A DNA stretch of 53,183 nucleotides, filler included, from Basidioascus undulatus (Eukaryota), in NCBI GenBank assembly GCA_000826855.1. It is 3 parts of 3 records of this genome, joined end to end, with 100 filler letters (N's around TTAATTAATTAA, not from the genome) between each part and the next. Parts side by side here need not be neighbours in the genome. Positions count along the whole stretch, not along the records: positions 1 to 17,670 come from JTLS01000514.1; 2 more parts are not named here. One strand, given 5' to 3'. The position numbers and the translations under genes were made by a program. Below are positions 1 to 11,648 of this stretch, piece after piece. The notes under the pieces were generated by a model. That model was not told the DNA's origin and did not search any database. It worked only from the letters and a program-made list of their open reading frames with translations. The stretch's first letter is position 1. The number at the start of each line of letters is the position of its first letter.

Positions 1-395
1 CACCCTAGGCATGAACGGAACCAATCTTTCTGGGTCAAGACAAGACCGGTTGGATATCCAGCAGCGTCTTACGCCGGCAGCGTCGCCGAACAAACGCACA
101 ATCCGCACGCGAACCGCATTATCTTAAATGCGATGCAATGCCAATGATGCCGATACAACTACGTAAGCGAGTGGAGTATGACTGTGGTCTACACCGCAGA
201 TGCTGTTTCAATGCGAGTCTAGGTAATGCAAATGACGGAGCGCCACTCCAGCGCTGAACGAATAAGCGAACGAAAACGAGAGACAAAAAAGCACGAGAAA
301 GACCCAAATGCTCTATGCCCAAAGTCTAAGACCCCAAAGACAACACGAAACGAACATAAGGAGGAGGGAGGGGGAAGGGAGGGGAGAGGGAAGGC

Positions 396-2766
396 TCAGT
401 CCGACAGCCCCCCGACGCCCGAGTCGCTCGCGCCGTCCTCGTCCTCCTTCTTCCACGCGCGCGTGTACTTGCCCGTCACGGTGCGGTAAAAGAGCACCTC
501 CTCGTCATCCTCGACGAAGCGGCAGTCGCGCGCCGACTTCCAGAGCGAGACGAAGAAGTTCTCCTTCGTCGAGTAGTCTGTTTCACGTTCAGGACGAAGC
601 CATCAGTCAGGTCCGCTCTTCTTTTAACAGACGCTCAAAGGAAGACGCACAGTGCTCCCCCATGACAGCCTTGATCGCCTCAGTCGCCTCGTCGGCGTGG
701 TCTGCGAGGCAACCTCATCCCGTCAGCCACTATTTGAGAGGGATGGGCAAGCCGCTTTCGGCATCAGGAAACTCACAGTGAGGGATGGTGGAGATGACGT
801 GGTGGAGAACGTGCTTCTCCGCGAGTGAGTGGATGAACACGCTGCCGACGGACCAGCCCTCGACGCCGAAGCTCATGATCGTGCGGTCCATGGTCGCCGT
901 GGCGCCGCGCGCGAAGTTCCAGGTGTTCTCGCGGTAGTGGGGCTGTGGCCGAAGGCAGATATTCAGCATGGTGGAGCAGAAATAGAGTAAAGACAGGGGA
1001 GTACGAACGAGGTCAATGTCGGTGTGCTGGAGGTACGTGATCGCGCTGCGGAAAGGGGCTTGCTTCAGGCTCAAGCTTTCGGGCGAGAAACGGCCGAGGG
1101 GACTCACATCAACCAGAAGTTGACCCAGAGGTACGGGACGAGGTAGTACTTGATGACGCTGCGATCAATCACCACCAGAGTCAGCTATCTCCGCTTTCAA
1201 TGTGCGACGTCGATTTGAACTTACGCGGCGCTGCCGGACACCTGCCCGGCGATGATAAGGCCAGCGATGGTAGCGATGAGACCGATGTCAGAGCTGAGAC
1301 CATCAAGCAGCGTCAACCGAGTAGAGCATTGCGGAGGAACAGATCTCTTAAGCGCACACGACGACGTTCCACCAGTCCTGCGGTCCCCGCCTTCCGTCAG
1401 TGAAAATCCTCCGAGCTGGGCAGAGGTAGAAATGGGGCTCACCTTCTTCTGGAAGAGCTTCGAGTTGGGCGAGAAGTGCGAGTACTCGAGGCCGTACTCG
1501 CCCCGCTTGCCGGCGATGTTCAGGAAGAGGTAGAACGGCCAGCCGAGGAGCTATCAACCACCGCCGTCAACAATCAACGCCTTGCTGACTTGTCTCGCAG
1601 GAGGGAATGGGATGGACGCACCTGCTGGAAAAGTAAGAAGCCAAGGACAACAATGGGCGCGTCGCTTATCGCCTCGCGCAGAGCGGACTCGTTGTCGTGC
1701 TCCGAGTGGCGCGCGGGAAGGCCCTTCTCGGAGCGGCTGATGAGAGGGAAGGGTAAGATGAGCTCTACGAGGCTACAGGACTGGTGAGTTGGCGGACGAG
1801 GACGCACGTGCGCGGGACGTAGACCATGTCCTTGGTGAAGTGGCCGGTGTATTTCTGTGAGGGAAGAAGAGCAGGATTAGGCCCTGCCCTCATTATCCTC
1901 GGAACTCGGAGGACAAGCGGACGGACGTGGTGCAGGCCGTGGGTGATGCGCCAGGCTGCCAGCCATCGTTCCGAGTGTCAGCCATCAGCCAGGCTAATCC
2001 ATGAAACAGCAGCGCGTACGGTGATACGGGACGAGGAGGAATGAGTGAAGCACGAGGCCGACGGCGTGGTTAAGCTGGCGCGAGGTCGAGAAGGCCTGGT
2101 GCCCGGCCTCGTGGGCGAGTGTCTGCGGTGGGAGCTGCGTTCAGCTCGTGTGAGCGAGGAGCAAGGCAGATGTGGACGAACCCAGATGCCTGTGAATGTG
2201 GGCTGGTTAGCTGTGTTTCCTCGAAGGATGGAACAAGGAAGAAGGAACGGACGCACCCATGCCGACGACACCCTGCCAGAACCAATAGACGTTCCACGCC
2301 GCCCAGCGGCCGACCTGCCGTTCTCCCACATCAACGATCCCGTGCTCCAGAGCACCCGAACTACAAGCCTCAAAAAGAGAGAGAGACTCACAGTCGTCAA
2401 AGCGTTCTTCTCCAGCCCAGCAAAGTACGGGTCGATCCGGCTCGCGGCGAACCCGAGCGCGGCGACGAGCGCGTAGTCCCTGAAGACGTAGGTGAACGAC
2501 TTCCAGGCGGAGCGCTCGAAGCAGTGCTTGGGAATGGCCTGGAGGAGGTCCTCTGCGGAACGAAAGTCCCATCCATCTCAGCAATTCCCTTCCCCTGCAC
2601 GCCACCCCCGACACGGACGGCATGACGGACGGGTAGTGAACTTGGGGAGCGAGAACGCGCGCACGCCCTCGGGGAGCGGGGCGTCGGAGGCGGCCGAGTC
2701 GGCGCGGGCAAGAACGGGGCGCTCAGAGGCCTTGAGGATGGCCTTGCGGGACTTGAGCTCGGTCAT
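396..2766 (-). CDS. FAD2: Delta-12/omega-6(-3) membrane fatty acid desaturase (FAD2-like), multi-exon
   Basis: Spliced translation gives [14 protein letters not shown] and three His boxes ([32 protein letters not shown]), plus ITYLQHTD and [11 protein letters not shown] at 2766; stop at 396-398 after ...VGGLSD. Confidence 0.92.
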
Positions 2767-2790
2767 CGTTGCGACGACGATGGGGAGATC

Positions 2791-2824
2791 GGGTGTCGGT
2801 GTCGGTGTCAGGTGTCGGTGTCGG
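2791..2824. repeat. Imperfect (GGTGTC)n hexamer repeat just upstream of the desaturase ATG
   Basis: cgggtgtcggtgtcggtgtcaggtgtcggtgtcg read directly. Confidence 0.8.
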
Positions 2825-3540
2825 GAGGTGGGATCGATCTATGGGAACCCGATCAAGCGGGCGGTGGATAGAAACGAGCGGCGGTGGACCTAGAGGCGGT
2901 CCTAAGCGTAAAAAGCGAACGTTGTGGTGGGAGAAGAAAAAGGACCAAAGAAAGGAGGTGGGGAAAGGGGAAGGGAACTTGGGAAGGCAAGTCTGAGCGC
3001 AGCAGCAGCAGCGTGCGCACGCACACGCCCAGCCCAGCGCTGCGATCCGAAAAATCATGCCGCGAGGCCGCGGCCAGCGTGGCAAATTGATCGAAACGCG
3101 GGGGCCAGGGATCGAGCCGAGCCGTCTTCATGTTTGAGCCTTGCCTGGCTGCTGCCGCATCGAATGGGAGGCGTTGTGCAGTGGTCCACATAAATTCCAC
3201 GCAGTCTTCTCTCGTCGCTGTTGCCGTTATCTTATCGGCAAGACTCCATGAGCCATGAGGCGGCGATGTGGAGCTTTCAATCATGGTGCAGCTCCGGCAG
3301 CCGAGCCGAGATTTCAGCTCCACAGCGTCGCGCGTCGCCGTTGAATGGCGCGTCCGTCAACTGGCTTGTTCGCAATGCCTCTCAGGCGAAACTGGTCTGC
3401 ATTGTAAGCATGTAGGTTATTGAAAAGAAGAAGCGGGTATACTATTGAGATGTTGCATGTACTGGGCATTTTCCTTCACAGAAAGTTGTTCACGTTGAGA
3501 GGAAGTGGCGCTGCAGTCGTTGACGCTGGAGACGCGTGGA

Positions 3541-4520
3541 GAAGCAGTCTAGACTTTCTATGCTAAAGCAGGCAGTGATCATGGCAATGAACAATGTTTG
3601 ATTCATAATTATGCAATCTACTTCCAGGGAAGGACAGCTCATGTCACAAGTCTTTGCAAGTGCAGGCAGAGAAGTGTACACATGGGTCTTGTGGGCTGCA
3701 AGCATGCACTCATCCTCTCAGCATCTTTTTATGCCTGCCACCAAGCACTAGCAGATGGCTGCAGAAACTTCTGTAGGCTTGATGGCACAGAGTCTGCAAC
3801 CTGCTTGCTCCAATCAAACCTTTGGGGGTTTGCACATCTTGAGTCTGCCACAAGCAGGTTGGGGATAGGACAACTAGTCAAAATTGCCAGAGACTGGTCA
3901 GCCAAACCTGTGCAAGGGAGTGGACAAGACCAAGTGCAAAGTGTCAGTGCTGGCAAAGGTCTCCACGGCCAAGGGGTAGGTAATTCCATAGTTTTTGGCC
4001 TGAGGCCTTCCCTGCACTGTTGACAATTGGTCCAGGATATGCATTAATGCCCAAAAGGCAAGGTGAGCAACTATTTACATGGCAGAGGACTACTAGCAAC
4101 ATGAGTAATCTTGGTCACTGGGGGGTCCTACCCTTGCCTGGCAGATCAGAGGATGCATGTGGTTCACCAATAAACCTACACTCCCTCCCACCATTGTTTA
4201 CTGACCTTTGCAACGGCAGTATCTGACATGGCCTGCCCTGTGCCTATTCTCCAACAGCAGAGTAAGGGCATGGTATATTACCCAAGAACAATGTGTGGTG
4301 CATGCACTGTCCTACTCAGCATGCTGTCACCTGTTGCCTTGAGCATGCACACAACCTTATGCTGGCACCAGCTCTCGAGCAACCTCAGGTCCCTGGTTGT
4401 CTATCCGCACTGGGCATGACTGAGTGTGTCCGGCAAGATCCCAGCAGCCTCGAGCTGCTTGCGCTGGGTGAGGTAAAGCTTGTTCTCAGGTGAGTCCAAG
4501 AGGACTCTCTGTCTGAATGA
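3541..4520. mobile_element. CpG-depleted degenerate repeat/transposon relic, family not identified
   Basis: Only 2 CpG counted in 3541-4375, with abundant TG/CA and no intact long reading frame. Flanking genes are CpG-rich. Confidence 0.6.
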
Positions 4521-4526
4521 AAGGTC

Positions 4527-4751
4527 TGTAGACCTCGTTGCACACGCACACACACAACAGACAAGTGACCAATCTATGGCTGTCTGAAGGATGCGTTTGG
4601 TGTGACTTGAGGGGAAAAGGAGCAAGAGCGGGCAAGGCGTTGCCAGTTCGACACTCCGGCGCGCGCGCCCCTCGCATCACGTGACCCGCTCGCGTAAGGC
4701 GAGCGGCAAACTATTTACACAAGTGCCCGTCCCAGAACCCAGATCCTTACA
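4527..4751. mobile_element. Possible LTR-like segment (TGTA...TACA)
   Basis: 225-bp segment bounded by TGTA/TACA next to the CpG-depleted tract, with an internal 8-bp hairpin and TCACGTGA. No target-site duplication or PBS seen. Confidence 0.3.
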
Positions 4752-5459
4752 CTGAAGGTGCTTCTGCGCTCGGCCTTCACTCACACGTGCTGGAGGTCCT
4801 GTGGACAAAGGATGAGATGCTGGTCAGTTATAGGCATGGCTGTGCAGTGGGTGAATGCGCACCTCTGCAGCGTCCACCTTGCACTTGCTCTTGTTAACTA
4901 CCTCAACATGGATTTGGCCCGAGGAGGACGCGCGTGAATGAGCAGCACCCGGGATAGGGACGCGATGCGGAAAAAACGATCTACCGAAGACCACCGCGTG
5001 AGGGAGAGTAAACATCACGAGACGAAACGAAAATGCAGGTGAGTATTCGCGGTGCAGAGGAGGTTGAAAAAGAAAGGAAGACGCTGGCGGCTGTCGGCCG
5101 GTAACTTTCCGGCTCGTTGCTGACAGCCTCGCGCTGACCGATCGAGCAGTCCGCCTTCTTCGCCCACTCTCGTGATCGAGAAGCGGAGACAATCATCTTT
5201 CGCCTCGATACTTAACTCCACGTCCTCCTCCCCGTCCTTGCCCTCGTTCCCTCTCCATCTTCCACCATTATCACCCTGGCGTTCCTCACCCCGCTCGTTC
5301 GCCGCGCGGCATCCTCATCCCCGGCACTCAAAACGACGACTCCCGCTGCTCGCCTCGCGCTCGTCCGTCTTCGATCGCGCGTTCGAAACTGAGAGGGACC
5401 GGAGACTGATTCGGATTCGCATGCAGATCTCCCGCTCTTTCTCTGCGACTTCCTCAGCT

Positions 5460-7373
5460 ATGGCTCCTGTGGACAAGCCTTCGGAGGGCGAGTACGACGT
5501 CGTCGTTATCGGCGGCGGCTCGGGCGGTCTCGGTGCTGCTGTGCGTCCCACTCCCACAACACCCCTCCATCTCCCACCAGATCTAACACCGTCACTTGGA
5601 TCTATTTGAACAGCGCCGCGCTGCTCAGTATGGCGCCAAGGCGGCGATCATTGAGGCGCAGGACAGGCTGGGTGGGACTTGCGTGAACGTCGGTGCGTAG
5701 ATGGATGTGAAAAGGAAGGCGGAAATGGGATGCTGATGGTGAGGAGATGCCGCGTTCAGGCTGCGTTCCCAAGAAAGTGCGTACTCTACTCCTTCTGCCC
5801 TGCAGCCCCCGCTCATCCCCCTTTTTTCCAACCAGATCATGTGGCACGCCGCGGACATGGCGCACGCGCTCTCCCACGCGCCGGGCTACGGCCTCGGCGC
5901 TGCGCTCTCCCCCTCGCTCGACCTGCACAAACCCCCCTTCGACTGGACGACGTTCAAGCACAAGCGTGACGCGTACATCGCCCGGCTGAACAAGATCTAC
6001 GAGACGAACGTCGCGAAGGACGGGGTCGAGGAGCACCACGGCTGGGCGCGTGTCACCTCGCCCAACAGCGTCTCCGTCTCGCGCAAGGACGGATCGAAGT
6101 ACGAGCTCAAGGCGAAGAACATCGTCGTTGCCGTGGGCGGGCGCCCGACGATCCCCTCCGAGGAGCAGATCCCCGGCGCGAGCCTGGGCATCACCTCCGA
6201 CGAGTTCTTCGACCTCGAGACGCAGCCCAAGCGCGTCGCCGTCGTCGGCGCGGGGTACATAGCGGTGGAGCTCGCGGGCGTGTTCAACTCGCTCGGGAGC
6301 GAGACGAACGTTGTTATCAGGCACGACAAGGTGTTGCGCTCGTTCGACCCCATCATCCAGGACACGATCACCGAGCAGATGGAGAAGACCGGGATCGCGC
6401 TCCACCGCTCCTCGAACGTGACCAAGGTCGAGAAGGCATCCAACGGCGCGCTGACCGTCCACCTCAACTCGGGCAAGTCGCTCGAGGTCGACACGCTCCT
6501 GTGGGCGATCGGCCGCCGCGCGGAGACAGAGGACCTCGGGCTCGAGACCGCGGGGGTCAAGACAGACAAGAAGGGCGATATCGTCGTGGACGAGTGGCAG
6601 GCGACGAACGTCTCTGGTGTCTGGGCGATCGGCGATGTTCAGGGCAAGGCGCTCCTCACGCCCGTCGCGATAGCTGCCGGGCGCAGGCTCAGCAACAGGC
6701 TGTTTGGCGGCGAGAAGTTCAAGAATGACAAGCTTAGCTACGATAACATACCCTCGGTCATCTTCTCGTGCGTCTTCCTCCTGCTCTGCCGCCTTCTCCT
6801 TTTCTCCTCCCGCCTCCTTCCCCTCCCCGTCACTCGGAAACTCACATTGCATCCACGCACGCAGCCACCCCCCCTCGGGCTCCGTCGGTCTCTCCGAGCC
6901 CGAAGCGCGCGAGAAGTACGGCGACGAGAACGTGAAGGTGTACACGACGCGTTTCAGTGCGTCCTTCCTTTTTCCTCTCCTCTTTACTCCCTCTCCTCTT
7001 CATTCCTCTCTTCCCACCGCTCACCCCGCCCGACCCCCCCAGCCTCCATGTACTACTCGATGCTCGAGCAGGACCAGAAGGAGCCTACGGTGTACAAGCT
7101 CGTCGTCGTCGGACCCGAGGAGAAGGTCGTGGGGCTGCACCTCGTCGGTCTCGGGTCGGACGAGATCCTCCAGGGCTTTGCGGTCGCGGTCAAGATGGGC
7201 GCGACGAAGAAGGACTTCGACGATACGGTTGCTATCCACCCGTGCGTTGTTCTTCCTTCCTTCGCCCGTCTCTCCCTGTTCCCTGGCGCTGGATTGGGTC
7301 TGGGTGCGATGGCTCACATGCTACATTTGATGGGTACAGGACGAGCGCGGAGGAGATCGTCACCCTGCGATGA
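5460..7373 (+). CDS. GLR1: Glutathione reductase, multi-exon; possible upstream presequence exon from 5276
   Basis: [26 protein letters not shown] redox motif, [25 protein letters not shown], and C-terminal [15 protein letters not shown]. Confidence 0.96.
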
Positions 7374-7924
7374 GCGTTTGGGGACGGGTGGGCTATGAGG
7401 CGCGAAGAAGGGTTGGACATTGCTAGACTGAGATAGGAGAGAGGGCGGGCCTGGTTTTTTGGAGGACTGCATATTCTGATACAGTTATGGACTCCTTGAC
7501 TTGCACTGCGTTTTGTAAGAAGGCGACACTTTCACGAGATGCTCGCTGTACATGCAGGCCCGGACTGCTATCATGCTGCGATGAAAATGGCCAAGCCCTG
7601 TGCTGAGTGGCTAGACTCTCTGGGAGCAAAACCGCAACTAAACAGTCTTGAGAAGTTGCTGCCGTGCTCCTCGCTGCCGACGACTTAAGTCACAATCGAA
7701 AAGCCTCGTGCGTCCCGAAAGCCTTCGCCCCCTCGACGCCTTTTCTATTTCTGCGTTGAACAACATCGCTCATTTCTCGTATATTCTTCCTCTACCGTTT
7801 CCGTTGTTACGAATCACCAGCAGAACGCCAGGCTAGCTCCTGCCCTCTGCGTCTTGAGCGATCCTTCCCCAGAGCACATCCTTCACCTTCGCTTCATCTT
7901 CCTCGACCGTCCCGCAACGCCTCA

Positions 7925-8906
7925 ATGCTCATCGACGTATCCGACGTATTCGAATACGGCGGGAAGACTCATGTCGGTAAATACCGCTTTTGATATGCTT
8001 ACTTTATGACCCGACGCTCAGGAAGCCCTGCCCCATGAAAGCCGTCCTGCACTGCGTCCCAGTGGGCATGTCAACCCGATGAAAGCCTGTGGTCGCTGCC
8101 TCATGCGCGAGTTCTGCGTACGTCTGTGCATCTTTATTCTCTCTATCTACTCTCCGAAGTCCCTGTCCACGCTGACTGACGCGCATTTTGATAGAGTGTT
8201 GAATGCGTACACAACATTCGCCTTCAGCGTTTGCGCTGCCCTGACTAATTCTGACTCCATAATCTGTCCAGGGCAGCAAGTGCAGACTGGCCCGAGCACA
8301 AGTAGTTCTGTAAGAAGCGGATCATCTAAGAAGCTTGGCTGTACAACAAGGAAGCTTCAGCGTAGAGCGCATTCTTTCTATCCATCTAGGGAAGTCTCTC
8401 GTCAGACCATCAACACTCCAAATCACTCGTTGGTAAAAACAGCGTCAGCTGATGATGTGTGAGATCCGCAGTGCTCGCGGCCTTCCGACCAGAAGAGCTA
8501 GTCGAGAAGAACGAGCAAATGACGAATGTCCTCCGCCTCCTCGTCGACATCAAGACGGACGAGGGCGACACCATCGCCATGCGCGAGGCGGACCTCGTGC
8601 CGTTCTCCGCGCTGGACAAGGGAGCGCAGCGGTACTGCGTGCGCAGGCCGCAGGACCGCAACAAGATCGTCGTGCTCCTCACGTGAGTTCACCTTATCGA
8701 TGCAACGAGCTAGAAGCTAACTTGCTGCTTTTAGTTTGGGGAAGTATACGCGTGAGCCTCAAGTTCAACTCCCCAGCCGTTCAGATCTCGACGACTGCGC
8801 CGTACCCCGCGCTGGACTTGACGTTCGCGCACCGCTCCTGACGACCTGGCGAACCCAACTGAAGACGGTGTTTGGTGCTGACGGAGGGGGCGGGTTCTGG
8901 GATTAG
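7925..8906 (+). pseudogene. MYND zinc-finger protein, probably pseudogenised
   Basis: Exon fragments KACGRCLMREFC|SVEC and ADWPEHK*FCKK with an in-frame TAG at 8303-8305. Downstream coding-like exons run from about 8460 to 8906. Confidence 0.55.
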
Positions 8907-9886
8907 GATTAACCTATAAACTTAAGTGCGTTGCGTCCGCTATTTTGTTTTGCGATGCAATTTGGCCGCACCTCTCGCCTTGAAGGCGGTAGGTCGGTCG
9001 CTACCCGCCTTCGACTCCTCCCTGTCGGACTTCCCTAATTTGCGCATTTATAATATGGGCGTGGCAACTCATTTTAATTACTTCAGAGACTAACCAAACG
9101 GTCACTGATACATCCCAGTAGTCGCACTGCTTCGCTCGCTTTCTGAAGCATGCACGCAGCGCGCTGGCCAGATGGTCAATGGCCCATACTTTCGCGGGTG
9201 GCTCTGCCAATCAGGGTGCTGTTCGGAAAAGATCAAAAAAGTCGAAAAAATTAACTCTGCAAGCTACCTAAACATCCATGCCACCAAAGGCGTGCTTGAC
9301 ATTTTGAACTCAATCTGGTGTATCTTGCACTGCCATCATTGTCTTGCTAGCGTTCTGGAAGCAATATCCATCGTCACTGTGGAGATTAACAGCCCTTCTT
9401 TCTAACGGTTCATCAACTCTTCCAGCCGCTGGAACGCCCGACGTACGCATGTGGTCCAAGGCAAAGTACTGTGCACTATGTCGCTCGCAGAAGCGCTTGC
9501 ATGTTCACTGCAAAAATACACTTCTTGACGGTCTTGTCTGATTGTCTGCCGGACCCCGCTCTAGTTGATTGAAAAATCCTGCTTCTCACAAACCAGGCCG
9601 CCACGCGTGCGAGCGGCTTCTAAGGAGGCTTGGAAAACGGGACGCGACTTACACGCGTTCGGCTCTTGCAACCAGCCCACCGCCGCCTCAGAAAAGCCCC
9701 TCGCCTAACATGCTATCCTGCTTTCCATTACTTTCTTACTCTCTCGCCCATAATATTCCGCCTTGACATCACACTCCCCTTGTTCCCCGGCTTCATTTGC
9801 CCCTCACTCGCAGCATGCGTCCGGAACAGACCTCTCCGACGGCCAGCGTTACGTCCGATTCCGTTGCGGGACAGACAACGGTGGAC

Positions 9887-10700
9887 TATGGCTAGTGGGA
9901 GAAGAAGGAAGTTGAACGGGAAGATAGTGGCTTCAGTACCTGTGAGTCCTCCACCCCGTTCCTTCTCCTCCCATTTTCTTACATTTGCTGCCACAGCCAC
10001 TTCCGCCGACGACGACCGCCGCACCACGGACCATCTTCGCGCGCAGCTAGCGAAGATGACGGAAACGGAACGAGAAGGATCTTGTGGGCATGACGAAGAG
10101 TTATGAGGAAGCAAAGAGGGATCTCGGGCTTTCTGTGAGGGGCCTGAATGCGGCGCGATCAGCCGAAGAAGTAGATGAGAATCTGATGTGCCCTATGTGA
10201 ATGTGAGAATCCGGGATTGATGTCGAATGATTCGATATGCCTGACTGACATGCGGCTGGATCGTGCCACAGCTGCTTGGACGTGATGATTCGCCCGCACT
10301 CGACGGCGTGCGGGCACAGCTTCTGCAAGGGGTGCCTCAACATCGCACTCAACGAGGTCTGTGTCCTCGTACTTCAACCAATGTATTCCGTTAATCTTTC
10401 CCTGCGTCAAAAGACAAGACTGCGCTTCGTGCTCAGAATGCCGATGTCTGTTCCGCCACTTGTCCCTTTTCTCTCGTCCCACACTCACGTGGAGCCTCCG
10501 CACGCTCTCCCCTACAACACAGGATCTCAACCCCCGCTGCCCCTTCTGCCGCATACCTCACCTACGCCGTCCTACGCCCTCCAAGCGCTCATCGAGCTGC
10601 GGGTCGCGCGCGGCGGTGACCAGGCTGAGTGCTTCGCGCGTACACAGTCAGTCCTTCTCCGATGTTGTATTTTTCTCGGGACGATAAACTGACGCGAATA
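9887..10700 (+). pseudogene. C3HC4 RING-finger protein, frameshifted
   Basis: Spliced ENLMCPI|CLDVMIRPHSTACGHSFCKGCLNIALNE|DLNPRCPFCR. The expected continuation PTPSYALQALIE is out of frame near 10560, and the N-terminal exon frames are also inconsistent. Confidence 0.65.
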
Positions 10701-11648
10701 CATTGTGTTATAGCTCTCGGGACACTGTGGTCTCGTCTCTCGAAGTACCGGGGGCGCCAGACACGGGCACGGCCGTTGCCGCTGCTCCCGCTCCCGGCGG
10801 TCCCCCGGCCTGCTCGAGCTGTCGCTGCGCCCATTCGTGTACCAAGAGCTGCGCAGGCGCTAGTTGGGGCACCTGCACCCGCCTCCCTCGTGTCTCGTTA
10901 CCTGCGGGCTGTGGACTTTGCTGCTGTAGACTTTGCTGCTCTTTCGGTCCTTGTTCAGGTAGTCCTGCGGTGTTTATTCTGTTCGAGTTTCTCTCCATCC
11001 TCTTTGCTCTTCACCATGCATGCTCATTACAAGCGCACGAGTATGACGCTGTGTGTCCGTGGATCGGTCTTTGATACGTCCTTCATACCGTATGAATGTG
11101 TTGATGCTTATGTGTTCGTGGTTGCCGTCTTGATGTGGCATTGTTCAAGAATGGGTGCAGAAAACATCTTGGGCATACTCAAGCATCTTTGATTCACCAG
11201 GAATGTTTCACCGTTGAACATCTCGGTCGCTGTCTTGCAACATGCAGTGCTACTTTGATCATCCTTCTGCGAGCGTCCTCTGATGAACCCCAACTTATTG
11301 GATAGCATTATCCTGCTTAATACACAACCTTGTTGCCTGAACGACTTTGAGTTGACTGTCTGGACTCAAGACAGTTCGCGCTGCAGGCCATACTTTCACT
11401 TCGCACCCGGTCTGCCCTGCTGGACAGGCTGTGATGCTGACTGATCGTAATAAAATATTATATCTAACTACAGGGGAGAGGCAGGAAAGGAACGCGATCT
11501 TTGGTGCCCGAGCGTAGAGCACTTGTCTCGGTCAAGAAACAACATATCTCGGATGGATGCAATGCGCCCGAGGACGCGTACAAAAGACCGCTGCTTGCTT
11601 CTGCCGCCTTCCCATCACAATACTTTCTCGTTCATATCTTCCTCGGAT

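Noticed and set aside
5602..6945. 447-aa antisense ORF over glutathione reductase, and similar long overlapping ORFs at 31993-33748 and 43683-44663
   Set aside because: Shadow ORFs expected from high GC3 codon bias; no recognisable motifs.
7371..7400. Stop-codon readthrough to a cryptic peroxisomal PTS1 on GLR1 or the other enzymes
   Set aside because: None of the stops examined has the TGA-CTA readthrough context.
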